From: Clostridiales bacterium
Lineage (GTDB): Bacteria > Bacillota > Clostridia > Saccharofermentanales > Saccharofermentanaceae
DNA: 64,000 nucleotides
Assembly (NCBI GenBank): GCA_017513085.1
Contig: JAFWDK010000009.1
Location: 32,001 to 96,000 of the forward strand
Reading direction: 5' to 3'
Part shown: one piece after another, positions 10,350 through 20,422 of the stretch
How the letters are laid out: every line of letters starts with the position of its first letter
How positions within the stretch are numbered: position 1 is the stretch's first letter
Notes under the pieces: generated by a model
Told to the model about the DNA's origin: nothing
The model's input: only the letters and a program-made list of their open reading frames with translations
Database searches by the model: none
Made by a program: the position numbers and the translations under genes

Positions 10350-13300
10350 ATGAAGAAAAAGGTTGTATCGCTAGTTTGCGGATTGGCTGCCGTTTCGGCT
10401 GCAGTGCTCGTGACATGGAGTGGATCCGGATCGACCGTGCGGGCAGCTGTCAATGCCGACGGCTCGGTAACGATCAATACGGAAAATTTCCCGGATGAAG
10501 TATTTCGGACCAAAGTTTCTGAGTTCAATAAAGACGGGGACAAAGTGCTTTCAAAGACAGAACTCGAATCGGTAACCAGGATCATTATGCCTGAATCGTC
10601 TGTCAGTGATCTTACCGGTATTGAGTATTTTACGGAGTTGCGCACTCTTGATGTAACCGGAAATCAACTTACGAAATTGGATCTTACCAGAAATACAAAA
10701 CTTATCGTTTTGGATTGTGGCGAAAACCAACTGACTGAATTGAACATCACGGGTCTTGCCGGATTGACTTATCTGGAATGTCAGTATAATGAGCTTACAT
10801 CATTAGATGTATCTACAAATACGGATCTGTATAGTATCAATTGTTCGTGTAATCAGTTTGCAACGCTGAAAATTACAAGTGCTCTTCCTAATTTGCACGA
10901 ACTTAATTGTAGTGGTGAACGGACCGGGACGAATTATGCTAAATTATCAGAATTAACGCTGACCGGTGCAACCGAACTTACGGATTTGAAGTGCTCGTAT
11001 AATAACTTAAAAACGTTAACGCTTACCAAAAATACGAAACTTGAGAAACTGGTTTGTGATTCTTTTCAAGGCACGATCCTGTCGATTACAACTAACACTT
11101 CTCTTACAGAACTATCTTGTTCCAATTCAAATTTGATGACGATCAACTTCCCGAAAGACAAAAGCAAATTGAAGACGCTTAATGTTTCCCAAAACAATCT
11201 TTCTGCATTGGATCTATCAGGAGCATCGTCATTAGAAAAGCTGGATTGTTGTAAGAATCCTTCGCTTGCTACTTTGACTCTGACCGGATGTTCCTCTCTT
11301 GCTTATGTAGATGTGCAATCGTGCTTTTTGTCGACATTGGACATTTCTTCATGTGTGAATCTGGAAACACTGTATTGCCAGGACAATGAGATTTCCAAAC
11401 TGGATTTGTCCGGTAAGACCGAACTCACATATTTTCGTTGCTATAATAATCAGATCAAAACACTGAACCTTACATCTTGCTCGAAATTGTATATGATCGA
11501 GTGCGAAAAAAATGAGCTTTCGTCTTTGGATCTTTCAAAATGTGTGAATATTTCGAGTGTAGAGTGCCAACGCAATCAGTTGACTTCACTTAAGCTTCCT
11601 AAGACAGAAAGGCTATACGAAGTCCGTTGCTTTCAAAACAATCTGACCTCGCTGGACGTGTCGAATATGCCTAAGCTGGGCAAACTGGATTGTGACAGTA
11701 ATCAGTTGATTTCGTTGAATGTCAGTGGGAGTGAGATGCTCAAGGAGCTAGATTGCAGCTACAACGATAAGCTTACTTCTCTTGATGTTTCTACTTGCAC
11801 TTCACTACGTGAGCTCTACTGCTTCATGTGCGGATTGACCTCGTTGAAAGTGAAGGGGGCAAATGCTCTTGAAAAAATCAGTTGTGGAAATAACAAACTC
11901 ACACAACTGGATGTATCCGATCTTGCTTCGCTAAAAGAACTGATGTGTGCGCAAAACGATTTGGAAAAACTAACGATTTCCGGTGCAGGTTCACTGCAGA
12001 CGATCTCGTGCTATGAAAACGAGTTGACTTCGTTAGCCGTGTCGAATCATTCTTCGTTGAAAGTAGTGGATTGTTACGATAATTTCATAGAAACACTAAA
12101 TCTGGATGGTTGCCCGATCTTGCTCTCTTGTGCTAAGGGAACGTATAAGCGAGAAAGTATATATGTTTTTAGTCATGGTGATATCCAGGTTAAGAATTAT
12201 ACAACAGATACGACCGGTAATAGTTATCCAAGTGAGAGAATCGTCTGTGATCTTATGACTGACTTGATTTCTTCGGGACTGACGCCTACTCCGGTTCCGG
12301 CGGCGCCTTCTTCTGATGCTGTGCTGATCAACGAAAGGAATTTCCCGGATCCTTGCTTCCGTCTATATATGAAGAAGCAAGTATTCGATAAGAACAAAAA
12401 CGGTGGATTGGAACCGGAGGAAGTACAGGCCGTCACTTCAATCGTGTGTGATATGGAAGGATGGCAATCTTTGAAGGGAATCGAATATTTTCCGAATCTG
12501 AAGATTCTTGATATCTCAAATTGTCAGGTCACCTCTGTCGATATCAGCCATAATACAAAACTCACGAACCTGTATATCTATAGTACTGATATATCTAAGC
12601 TGGATTTGAGTAATAATGGTGAGTTGAGATATCTTGAGTGCGTTAATACTAAGATAGCCAATCTGGATCTGAGTAGGAATCCGAAACTTATCTTTGTGGT
12701 TATGTACGGCAATCTGATGCACGAACTGAATATTTACCATTGTCCTTATCTTGTTGAATTAGTCAATACAACTGAGCGGCAGGAAGATGACGAGTATGGT
12801 GTGGAGATGTATTTCTATTCCGGCCGTACAAGCGGTGGTGAAAGTGAGCTTTCGTATGAGAAGAATTTGCAGATCGTGTTGACCCAACCGACACCGACAC
12901 CGGTTACCCAGAAAACGGTGGAGATCGGTAAGAGCTTCCAGTACCAAGTCTCTGGTGTTTCGGCATCGAACATCAAGTGGTCTGTCGGAAATACATCTGT
13001 CGCCATGGTTGATTCTACTGGTAAAGTAACAGGTAAGAGTTTCGGAAATACATATCTGCACGTGGAACTTCCGAACGGCACGACGATCAAGTGCCTGGTG
13101 AAGGTAGTGTATCCGACTCTCAAGATCAACTATACAGAAAAGACGTTACATATTAACCAGGCATTCCAGTTTGTTGACTCAGGCGCGGCGGGACAGAAGA
13201 TAACCTGGTCGGTGGGTAACACTTCGGTGGCAAGTGTGGATCAGAACGGAAAGGTGACCGGTAAGAAAGCGGCGAATACATACCTCTACGCGAAGAGCGC

Positions 13301-13805
13301 AGACGGGCGCGTGGCCAAGTGTCTTGTTAAGGTCATCGATCCGGGCACGCTGGGCATTAACTATACGGAGAAGACGGTCTACCTGTGTCAGAGCTTCACG
13401 TTTACGGCGAAGAATAAAGGCATTCTTTCGGTGAACTGGTCTGTAGGAAATACTGCGGTTGCGACTGTTGACTCAACAGGTAAGGTGACCGCAAAGAGTG
13501 TAGGTAACACCTACCTGTATGCGAAGACAGAAGACGGGCGTTCGGCAAGATGTCTGGTGAAGGTCGTTGATCCGGGTCCGCTCAGCATTACTTATACGGA
13601 AAAGACGATTAAGGTCGGCGCGACGTTCCAGTTCACGGCGAAGAATCCGGCAGGACAGACAGTTTCCTGGAAAGTCGGGAACACCTCCGTCGCAACTGTC
13701 GACGCTTCCGGCAAAGTTACCGGCAAGAGCGTCGCCAACACCTGGCTGTATGCGAGCACGCCGGACGGTCGCGAAGTGCGCTGCCTATTGAAAATTGTTG
13801 CTTGA
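10350..13805 (+). CDS. Secreted leucine-rich-repeat surface protein with four C-terminal Ig-like (Big_2-type) domains
   Basis: Signal peptide; two INxxNFPD..FR caps with EF-hand-like loops; many ~21-aa LxxLxCxxNxLxxLD repeats; PT linkers; four WxVGNTxVAxVDxxGKVTxK repeats. Confidence 0.88.
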   Translation: MKKKVVSLVCGLAAVSAAVLVTWSGSGSTVRAAVNADGSVTINTENFPDEVFRTKVSEFNKDGDKVLSKTELESVTRIIMPESSVSDLTGIEYFTELRTLDVTGNQLTKLDLTRNTKLIVLDCGENQLTELNITGLAGLTYLECQYNELTSLDVSTNTDLYSINCSCNQFATLKITSALPNLHELNCSGERTGTNYAKLSELTLTGATELTDLKCSYNNLKTLTLTKNTKLEKLVCDSFQGTILSITTNTSLTELSCSNSNLMTINFPKDKSKLKTLNVSQNNLSALDLSGASSLEKLDCCKNPSLATLTLTGCSSLAYVDVQSCFLSTLDISSCVNLETLYCQDNEISKLDLSGKTELTYFRCYNNQIKTLNLTSCSKLYMIECEKNELSSLDLSKCVNISSVECQRNQLTSLKLPKTERLYEVRCFQNNLTSLDVSNMPKLGKLDCDSNQLISLNVSGSEMLKELDCSYNDKLTSLDVSTCTSLRELYCFMCGLTSLKVKGANALEKISCGNNKLTQLDVSDLASLKELMCAQNDLEKLTISGAGSLQTISCYENELTSLAVSNHSSLKVVDCYDNFIETLNLDGCPILLSCAKGTYKRESIYVFSHGDIQVKNYTTDTTGNSYPSERIVCDLMTDLISSGLTPTPVPAAPSSDAVLINERNFPDPCFRLYMKKQVFDKNKNGGLEPEEVQAVTSIVCDMEGWQSLKGIEYFPNLKILDISNCQVTSVDISHNTKLTNLYIYSTDISKLDLSNNGELRYLECVNTKIANLDLSRNPKLIFVVMYGNLMHELNIYHCPYLVELVNTTERQEDDEYGVEMYFYSGRTSGGESELSYEKNLQIVLTQPTPTPVTQKTVEIGKSFQYQVSGVSASNIKWSVGNTSVAMVDSTGKVTGKSFGNTYLHVELPNGTTIKCLVKVVYPTLKINYTEKTLHINQAFQFVDSGAAGQKITWSVGNTSVASVDQNGKVTGKKAANTYLYAKSADGRVAKCLVKVIDPGTLGINYTEKTVYLCQSFTFTAKNKGILSVNWSVGNTAVATVDSTGKVTAKSVGNTYLYAKTEDGRSARCLVKVVDPGPLSITYTEKTIKVGATFQFTAKNPAGQTVSWKVGNTSVATVDASGKVTGKSVANTWLYASTPDGREVRCLLKIVA

Positions 13806-13953
13806 TGGGGAGAGATATGAAAGAGTAGAAAAATTCCGGTAAGAAACAGGCATTAGCGATCACACAGGCGGCGTACTTTCCGTGAAGCGCGATGAGAGAT
13901 TTGGCCGCCGCCTTCTATTAGGAATTATCATCTTTATAATCTTAAACCGTGCC

Positions 13954-13985
13954 AAATCAGGACGCCTAACGTCCTGATTTTTTTG
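13954..13985 (+). terminator. Intrinsic terminator after the LRR gene
   Basis: AAATCAGGACG-CCTAA-CGTCCTGATTTTTTT. Confidence 0.85.
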
Positions 13986-14083
13986 TCACACAAGTCATGA
14001 GAATTTTATACTTTACTCGGAGAATTTCTGCCTCGCGACAGAATCCGGTCACGTTATGGAAATAACGTATCGGAGGTGACTTT

Positions 14084-14599
14084 ATGAGTCGAGCTGTTGA
14101 AAAGAAATGTTTTCAGGCGGAGCAGATGTATTCTGGGGAGCATGATATGATTCAGAAGAATGATTTTGCCAAATATATTCGTGAGAAAAGGCGTGAATAC
14201 AATGAGATGCACCAGCAACAGCTGAGCACACGCAAAATAGCTCATATCCTCGGAATGTGTGAAAGTTCTTTTCCCAAAGTACTGAATCGAGAAAGACCGA
14301 CGAAGCATCGGGATGTGATCATTGCGATCTGCGTCGTGCTGGAACTCCTTCCCGGAGAAGTGTCGGAAGCACTGCGGCTTTATAATATGCCGGAACTGGA
14401 AGACCAGAGAAAGCTGTCCGGCGAAGAGGTCGACCGGGACAGGTTCCTTTCGAGGATCATGATCAGCGGGAATTCGAAGAAACAGGTCGTCTCGGTGCAA
14501 ATTGTGGATGCGCAGCTGAAGGCGGCGGGATTCCGGCCGCTGATGATCGAACCCAAAGCGGAAATGCAGACGGGACAGGATATGTCCCGTTTTTGTTGA
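14084..14599 (+). CDS. XRE/Cro-like helix-turn-helix protein
   Basis: FAKYIREKR...LSTRKIAHILGMCESSFPKVLNRERP..RDVIIAICVVLEL. RBS GGAGGTG precedes 14084; alternative start at ~14147. Confidence 0.6.
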   Translation: MSRAVEKKCFQAEQMYSGEHDMIQKNDFAKYIREKRREYNEMHQQQLSTRKIAHILGMCESSFPKVLNRERPTKHRDVIIAICVVLELLPGEVSEALRLYNMPELEDQRKLSGEEVDRDRFLSRIMISGNSKKQVVSVQIVDAQLKAAGFRPLMIEPKAEMQTGQDMSRFC

Positions 14600-14660
14600 A
14601 TCGGTAAAAATTTCATTCCTATACTCGAATTAGAAGACTGATTCGAAATGGGGTGAGATC

Positions 14661-15761
14661 ATGAAAAAGATGTTGATAATTCTTATGTGTGCTGTGTTGG
14701 TACTGCCTTCCTTTGCTTGTTCCAAGACGAAAGAGACAGAGCATGTTCACCAATGGAGCGAGGCAGATTGTGTTTCCCCGAAAAAATGTGATCTTTGTGG
14801 TGAAACACAGGGAAAAGCACTGGGCCATAAATGGGAAGAGGCAAAATGTGATTCTCCAAAGACGTGTTCAGTTTGCGGAGAAACAGAAGGAGCGGCACTT
14901 GGTCACAAGTGGGATGAAGCAACGTGTACTTCACCGAAAACGTGCTCAGTCTGCGGAGCGACAGAGGGGGATGCTCTCGGTCATAAGTGGGTTGAAGCAA
15001 CATGTGATACGCCTAAGACTTGCTCCGTTTGCGGCGAAACTGAAGGCGAAAAACTGGGACACAAAGTAGATGCCTGGGAACTGGTAAAAGATGCCACGTG
15101 TGCCGAAGAAGGTAGCGAGAAAGGAGTCTGCACGCGGTGCGGAAAGGAACAGACCCGCACGCTTGACTTGCTTGCACATGACTTCGGAGACTGGAAGACG
15201 ACAGAAAAAGCGTCTTGTACTCAAGAAGGAAAAGAAGTTCGCGTTTGCAAAGTTTGCGGTGCTGAAGAAGAATCAAAGATCGACAAACTGGATCATGTTG
15301 AAAGCGATTGGAGTATTGAAGAAGAAGCAACATATACTGATAGCGGAGTGCGAGTCAAGAAATGTAAAGTCTGTGGTGAAGAGTTGGTTCGAGAAACGTA
15401 TTCTTTGGCTAAAGACGAGAAGAGCGAGTGGCTGCGAAGAAACTGTAAGACGGGACTTTACAAGAGCTTGGAGAGAACACCGGACGATTATGAAGGTGAG
15501 TATGTAAAGTTTACCTGCAAAGTGCGTCAGGTTTGTCATGAGGCGACCTCTTCGAGTGAGTATTCTCAGTATCGCATGGCGACATCCGGTAGTTATGACA
15601 ATGTAATCTACGCAGTGATCGATAATTACGGTGCGAAATCCAGAATCCTCGAAGATGATAAAATTACTGTGTATGGTATCTCAGGTGGCCTTTACTCTTA
15701 CACGACAGTTAGAGGAGACAAGGTTACGATTCCGCTGGTATATGTGATTGAGTGGGAATAA
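14661..15761 (+). CDS. Lipoprotein with His/Cys repeat stalk and C-terminal TcdC-like OB-fold domain
   Basis: Lipobox-like SFAC; H-x-W..C..PKxC..CG repeats; C-terminus YKSLERTPDDYEGEYVKFTCKVRQV...RILEDDKITVYG...VTIP. Confidence 0.7.
   Translation: MKKMLIILMCAVLVLPSFACSKTKETEHVHQWSEADCVSPKKCDLCGETQGKALGHKWEEAKCDSPKTCSVCGETEGAALGHKWDEATCTSPKTCSVCGATEGDALGHKWVEATCDTPKTCSVCGETEGEKLGHKVDAWELVKDATCAEEGSEKGVCTRCGKEQTRTLDLLAHDFGDWKTTEKASCTQEGKEVRVCKVCGAEEESKIDKLDHVESDWSIEEEATYTDSGVRVKKCKVCGEELVRETYSLAKDEKSEWLRRNCKTGLYKSLERTPDDYEGEYVKFTCKVRQVCHEATSSSEYSQYRMATSGSYDNVIYAVIDNYGAKSRILEDDKITVYGISGGLYSYTTVRGDKVTIPLVYVIEWE
14748..15410 (+). repeat. Coding tandem repeats: 4 x 78 bp (26 aa), then 3 x 117 bp (39 aa)
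   Basis: Unit-initial His codons at 14748, 14826, 14904, 14982, 15060, 15177 and 15294. Confidence 0.85.
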
Positions 15762-15780
15762 CGGCAGAAGCACTTCATCC

Positions 15781-15809
15781 TTGACTTTTCCATACGGCAA
15801 GCGTACAAT
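15781..15809 (+). promoter_or_regulatory. sigmaA promoter of the pheST leader
   Basis: TTGACT-N17-TACAAT. Confidence 0.8.
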
Positions 15810-15817
15810 CAAAATCT

Positions 15818-16097
15818 GCAATGAAGGTGCGTAAGTAGTTTTTGCCTATACCTGTGAGAAGAGAGTCACGTCACCGGCTGAGAGCGTGATGACAGAGGGA
15901 AAAGATGAATTTCAACACTGGAGCGGTCTGACGAAGGTGAGTTCTCACAGATAAGCAGATGCAGGCGCAGCATTACGGCGCGATAAAGAGCGGGAAGCAT
16001 AGAAACGATGCTTTTTCGAACATGGGTGGTACCGCGAAGGTGCGAAATAAAGCGAATTCGTCCCATGGCAATAGAAATGTTGCCATGGGATTTTTGT
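15818..16097 (+). ncRNA. T-box riboswitch (Phe)
   Basis: AGTAG, AGAGAG and GCTGAGAG stem-I motifs; specifier GAAT-TTC at 15911-15913; T-box AACATGGGTGGTACCGCG at 16019-16036; terminator TCCCATGGCAA/TTGCCATGGGATTTTT at 16061-16096; upstream of pheS. Confidence 0.95.
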
Positions 16098-16145
16098 ATT
16101 CCGGGCAAAGAAAGTTAGTAATAGATAACAAAGCAGGAGGAAAGT

Positions 16146-17189
16146 ATGGCGGAACTGAGTGAATTGAATGAAAAACTGTCGCAGATCCGAAACGAGATCG
16201 AGAGTGATCTTTCCGGCATTACAAGCTCAAAGGGTGTGTATGAATACCGTAAGAGCGTAATGGATGCTAAGGAAGGAAAGATCGGATCCCTCATGAAGGA
16301 AATGGGTAAGATCCCGAAGGAGCAGAAAGCCGATTACGGTAAGATGGTCAACGAGATCAAGAACTGGGCACAGGAGAAGTTTGATGAGCTGGATGCCAAG
16401 TTCAAGGAGCAGGAGAGAAAAGCCCGCTATGAGGCGGAGAGCATCGATATTACACTTCCGGAGAAAAAGCAGAAGAAGGGTAAGCTCCATCCGAATACAC
16501 AGGTCAGAAATCAGATCGTGGATATCTTTGGTTCCATGGGTTTCCAGATCTATGAAGGAAACGAGATCGAGACGGATTACTATAACTTCACGGCTCTCAA
16601 TATTCCGCAGGATCATCCGGCTAGAGATATGCAGGATACATTCTACCTGAGCCCGGAGTTCCTGCTCCGTACGCAGACATCTGCCGGCCAGATCCATGTC
16701 ATGGAATCACAGAAGCCGCCGATCAAGATCATCTCTCCAGGTAAAGTATTCCGCTCCGACGACGATGCGACACACTCTCCGATGTTCTCCCAGATGGAAG
16801 GACTTGTTGTGGATAAAGGCATCACGCTTTGTGATCTGCAGGGTATGCTCGATGTGTTCGTTAAGAAGATCTTCGGCGAGGAGACAAGAACACGTCTTCG
16901 TCCTTCTTACTTCCCGTTTACAGAGCCTTCAGTAGAAGTGGACGTAAGCTGTTTCCAGTGTGGCGGTAAAGGCTGCAAGCTCTGTAAAGGAACAGGCTGG
17001 ATCGAAGTTCTGGGTGCCGGCGTGGTCAATAAGAAAGTGCTTGAGGGCTGCGGCATCGATAGCAATGTCTATAGTGGTCTGGCTTTCGGTATCGGTATTG
17101 ACCGGATCGCGATGCTTAAGTACGGCATTAACAACATCAAGATGCTTTTCGAATCGGACCTTCGCGTCCTCGATCAGATCGACGATTGA
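16146..17189 (+). CDS. pheS: Phenylalanine-tRNA ligase alpha subunit
   Basis: [35 protein letters not shown] and AFGIGIDR. Confidence 0.98.
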   Translation: MAELSELNEKLSQIRNEIESDLSGITSSKGVYEYRKSVMDAKEGKIGSLMKEMGKIPKEQKADYGKMVNEIKNWAQEKFDELDAKFKEQERKARYEAESIDITLPEKKQKKGKLHPNTQVRNQIVDIFGSMGFQIYEGNEIETDYYNFTALNIPQDHPARDMQDTFYLSPEFLLRTQTSAGQIHVMESQKPPIKIISPGKVFRSDDDATHSPMFSQMEGLVVDKGITLCDLQGMLDVFVKKIFGEETRTRLRPSYFPFTEPSVEVDVSCFQCGGKGCKLCKGTGWIEVLGAGVVNKKVLEGCGIDSNVYSGLAFGIGIDRIAMLKYGINNIKMLFESDLRVLDQIDD

Positions 17190-17206
17190 GATAGGAGGAA
17201 AGAAAT

Positions 17207-19624
17207 ATGTTAGTACCACTTAGTTGGCTTAAAGATTATGTCGATATCGACGTTACCCCGGATGTGCTAGAGGAGAAGCTTTTCTCCTGCGGTTTCGAGG
17301 TGGAAGAAAAATACGAAGTCGGCCATGATATCAGTAATGTTGTGGTAGGCGAAGTCAAGACTTGCGAGGCAATCGAGGGCACACACCTGCATCTTTGTCA
17401 GGTCGATGCCGGAGAACATGGTACTCTGCAGATCTGCTGCGGTGCAGACAATGTAAGAGCCGGCGGCAAGTACCCGCTCGCATTGATTGGCGCACAGGTC
17501 TATGCTACGGCAAAAGATCACGTTACGGTTGAAGGCGTCATGACCATTGGTCAGGGCAAACTCAGAGGATACGATTCCTATGGCATGCTTTGCTCCGGCG
17601 TGGAGATCGGTGTCACCGAGGATATGTTCCCGGGTGCCGGATATAACGGCCTTCTGGTCCTTCCGGAAGATTCTGTTCCGGGTGCGGATGTCAAGCCGAT
17701 CCTGGGTCTGGATGACTATATCTTCGATGTTTCCATCACGGCAAACCGCCCGGATTGTCAGAGCATCTTCGGTATTGCAAGAGAAGTTGCCGCTGTTCTC
17801 GGTAAGCCGATCAAGGAACCGGCTCTCGACTACACGGAGTCCGATGTGACGATTCCTTTCAATATTCGTGTTTCCGCTCCGGACCTTTGTCCGAGATACA
17901 TCGGTCACTATGTTTCCGATGTCAAGATCGAAGAATCTCCGGTCTGGATGAAACGCCGTCTTGCTCTTGTCGGCTGCTCCGCGATCTCTAATGTTGTCGA
18001 CATTACCAATTATGTTCTAAAAGAACTCGGCCAGCCGATGCATGCTTTCGATTTCTCGTATCTCGAGGGTGGTGAGATCCATGTGCGTCGTGCCGAGGAG
18101 GGCGAGAAGATCGTTACTCTGGATGAAAAAGAGTTCGCACTTACTTCGGATAATCTGGTCATTTGTGATGGCAAGAAGCCGGTTGCTTTGGCCGGCATTA
18201 TGGGTGGTCTCAACTCCGAGATACTTGATACGACTTCTGCTGTTATGTTTGAAGCGGCAAAGTTTGCACACGATAACATCCGAAAAAGTTCCAAAGCTTT
18301 GGGTCAGGTTTCGGATTCCAGTATGCGTTTCTCAAAGGGCGTGGATGAGTATACTACCGTTATGGCCATGAAACGTGCACTGCACCTGATGGAAGAACTC
18401 GGTTGCGGTAAGGTAAGCAAGACACACTTCGACATCAACACCGGAAATTCGGTCGAGCCGAAGAAGATGACTGTCAGCGTGAAGCAGGTCAATGGTGTTT
18501 TGGGCATCACGGTACCGGACGAGGAGATCGTACGGATCCTGACGAACCTGAATTTCGCACCGGAACTCAATGGTGATGAATTAACGATCGCCATCCCGGG
18601 ATACCGTGTGGATATGGAATCCTATCAGGATGTAGCCGAAGAAGTGATCCGTATGTATGGCTATGACCATATCGTGCCGACATTTATTCCGACGGCACAG
18701 GTCACCAGTGGCGGAAACAACCTCAAGCAGAGATCCGAACTTAAGATCAAGCAGGCACTTTGTGCTGCCGGTGCATGTGAAGGCGTACATTATTCGTTTT
18801 TCTCACCATCGGATTTCGATCTTCTGAAGCTTCCGGAAGATGCCCCTGAGCGCTTCGCCATTAAGATCCTGAATCCGATCAACATCGATCTTTCCTTGAT
18901 GAGAACAACACTGGTTCCGCAGATGATCACTTCGATGGCCAGAAACCAGAAGAGAGGAATCCTCTCCGGCCGCATCTACGAGATGGGCAACAAGTTCCTG
19001 CCGAAGAGCCTCCCGCTCACAGAGTATCCGGATGAGCGCGAGACGATCTGCATCGGTGTATTCGGTGAGGATGAAGATTTCTATTCGCTCAAAGGAATGG
19101 TTTCCGTGATCGCGGATGCTCTGGATGTGAAGTTTGATTATGAGAAGGATACCAAGACTTTCCTGCATCCGGGAAGAACGGCCAAAGTTCTCTGCGATGG
19201 CGAAGATGTCGGATTCCTTGGTCAGGTCCTCTATGAGATCTGCGATGAACTCGACATGCGTGTACCGGCTTATGTTGCGGAGATCGACCTCAGAAAACTT
19301 TCCAAGTACTACGGAAAAGAGAGAAAATTCATTCCGCTTCCGAAGTTCCTGGAAGAAAAGAGAGACTTCTGCTTCGTAATGGACAAAGCTGTAACCTGTG
19401 CACAAGTGGAGAAGGAAATCGCTTCATCCTGCGAATATATCACCAAGATCGAACTCTTCGACATTTATGAGGGCGCACAGCTTGGCGATAATAAGAAGAG
19501 TCTGGCATTCAGCGTGGTATTCACACCGAAGGAAGAAGAGTTCAAACCAGAGGTGATCGACGGATTCGTGAATACGATCCTTGCTAACCTCAAAGAGAAG
19601 TACGGCATCACGCTTCGCGCATGA
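17207..19624 (+). CDS. pheT: Phenylalanine-tRNA ligase beta subunit
   Basis: MLVPLSWL, ITANRPDC, GQPMHAFD, EEVIRMYGY and a C-terminal FDX-ACB domain. Confidence 0.98.
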   Translation: MLVPLSWLKDYVDIDVTPDVLEEKLFSCGFEVEEKYEVGHDISNVVVGEVKTCEAIEGTHLHLCQVDAGEHGTLQICCGADNVRAGGKYPLALIGAQVYATAKDHVTVEGVMTIGQGKLRGYDSYGMLCSGVEIGVTEDMFPGAGYNGLLVLPEDSVPGADVKPILGLDDYIFDVSITANRPDCQSIFGIAREVAAVLGKPIKEPALDYTESDVTIPFNIRVSAPDLCPRYIGHYVSDVKIEESPVWMKRRLALVGCSAISNVVDITNYVLKELGQPMHAFDFSYLEGGEIHVRRAEEGEKIVTLDEKEFALTSDNLVICDGKKPVALAGIMGGLNSEILDTTSAVMFEAAKFAHDNIRKSSKALGQVSDSSMRFSKGVDEYTTVMAMKRALHLMEELGCGKVSKTHFDINTGNSVEPKKMTVSVKQVNGVLGITVPDEEIVRILTNLNFAPELNGDELTIAIPGYRVDMESYQDVAEEVIRMYGYDHIVPTFIPTAQVTSGGNNLKQRSELKIKQALCAAGACEGVHYSFFSPSDFDLLKLPEDAPERFAIKILNPINIDLSLMRTTLVPQMITSMARNQKRGILSGRIYEMGNKFLPKSLPLTEYPDERETICIGVFGEDEDFYSLKGMVSVIADALDVKFDYEKDTKTFLHPGRTAKVLCDGEDVGFLGQVLYEICDELDMRVPAYVAEIDLRKLSKYYGKERKFIPLPKFLEEKRDFCFVMDKAVTCAQVEKEIASSCEYITKIELFDIYEGAQLGDNKKSLAFSVVFTPKEEEFKPEVIDGFVNTILANLKEKYGITLRA

Positions 19625-20288
19625 TCCGTATGGCGCGGTCGAGTTTCTTTATATAATACTCGCGCTCCCATTCATATTGAAAACCTTGGAAGTCGAGGAT
19701 GTGTCGGCGACATGACGCCAGCGCTTCTTCGGCTTCTTCATTTTGAGTAAGGAGAAGGATCTTAGCCTGCGTGATCTCAAGGAGCAGACGGTTTTTCGGG
19801 AAGATGTCGCACCACTCGCGTAATCTTTTTATATAGATATCCTCGTATTCGGCGTCTTTGGAAAAAGCACACAGCACGGCACTGTTGGAGTAGAAATCTC
19901 CTGAGATCTTGGACCGGACAGGATTTTTCATGAAACGGTCAAGGAATTTCTTGTTTTCGGAATAGATCTCCAGTGCTTTTTGAAACTTGCCCTCTTCCAT
20001 GAACAGCATGATCCTGCAGTGTAGAAGCTGTCCCTTGGTAATGTCGTCGAGGATCGAGCCGGGAGTGATCGGGTCGAGGCACTCTTTTGCTTCCTCGTAT
20101 CTTTCCAGTTCAGTGTAGATCTCGCATAGCGTGAAGAGATTGTCGTTGTTTTTCTTCGGGAATCTCGATGTGAAAGCATCCAGGTATTCCTGACAGTAGC
20201 ATCCCTTGGCCTGATAGATCGAGGACAGACTATTGTCGTCTTCTTTCGTGTTGTTTTCTTTCTTTCGGAACAAGTCAAAAAATGCCAT
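19608..20288 (-). CDS. Hypothetical helical (TPR-like) protein
   Basis: Start MAFFDLFRKK after AGGAG; TPR-like segments (LCEIYTELERYEEAKECL, EEGKFQKALEIY); 3' end overlaps pheT by 17 nt. Confidence 0.65.
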   Translation of the reverse strand: MAFFDLFRKKENNTKEDDNSLSSIYQAKGCYCQEYLDAFTSRFPKKNNDNLFTLCEIYTELERYEEAKECLDPITPGSILDDITKGQLLHCRIMLFMEEGKFQKALEIYSENKKFLDRFMKNPVRSKISGDFYSNSAVLCAFSKDAEYEDIYIKRLREWCDIFPKNRLLLEITQAKILLLTQNEEAEEALASCRRHILDFQGFQYEWEREYYIKKLDRAIRIMREA

Positions 20289-20422
20289 ATCAGAACTCCT
20301 TGCAAGTACTTTTGCGAAAGGGGAAAGATGCCCGCCTCCCATACGCATATCCAGTATAGGCGAAGTTGTGGTTTTGCTCAATATTGGTATATAATACTTG
20401 CGGAAAAGGAGATGGGATTGGC

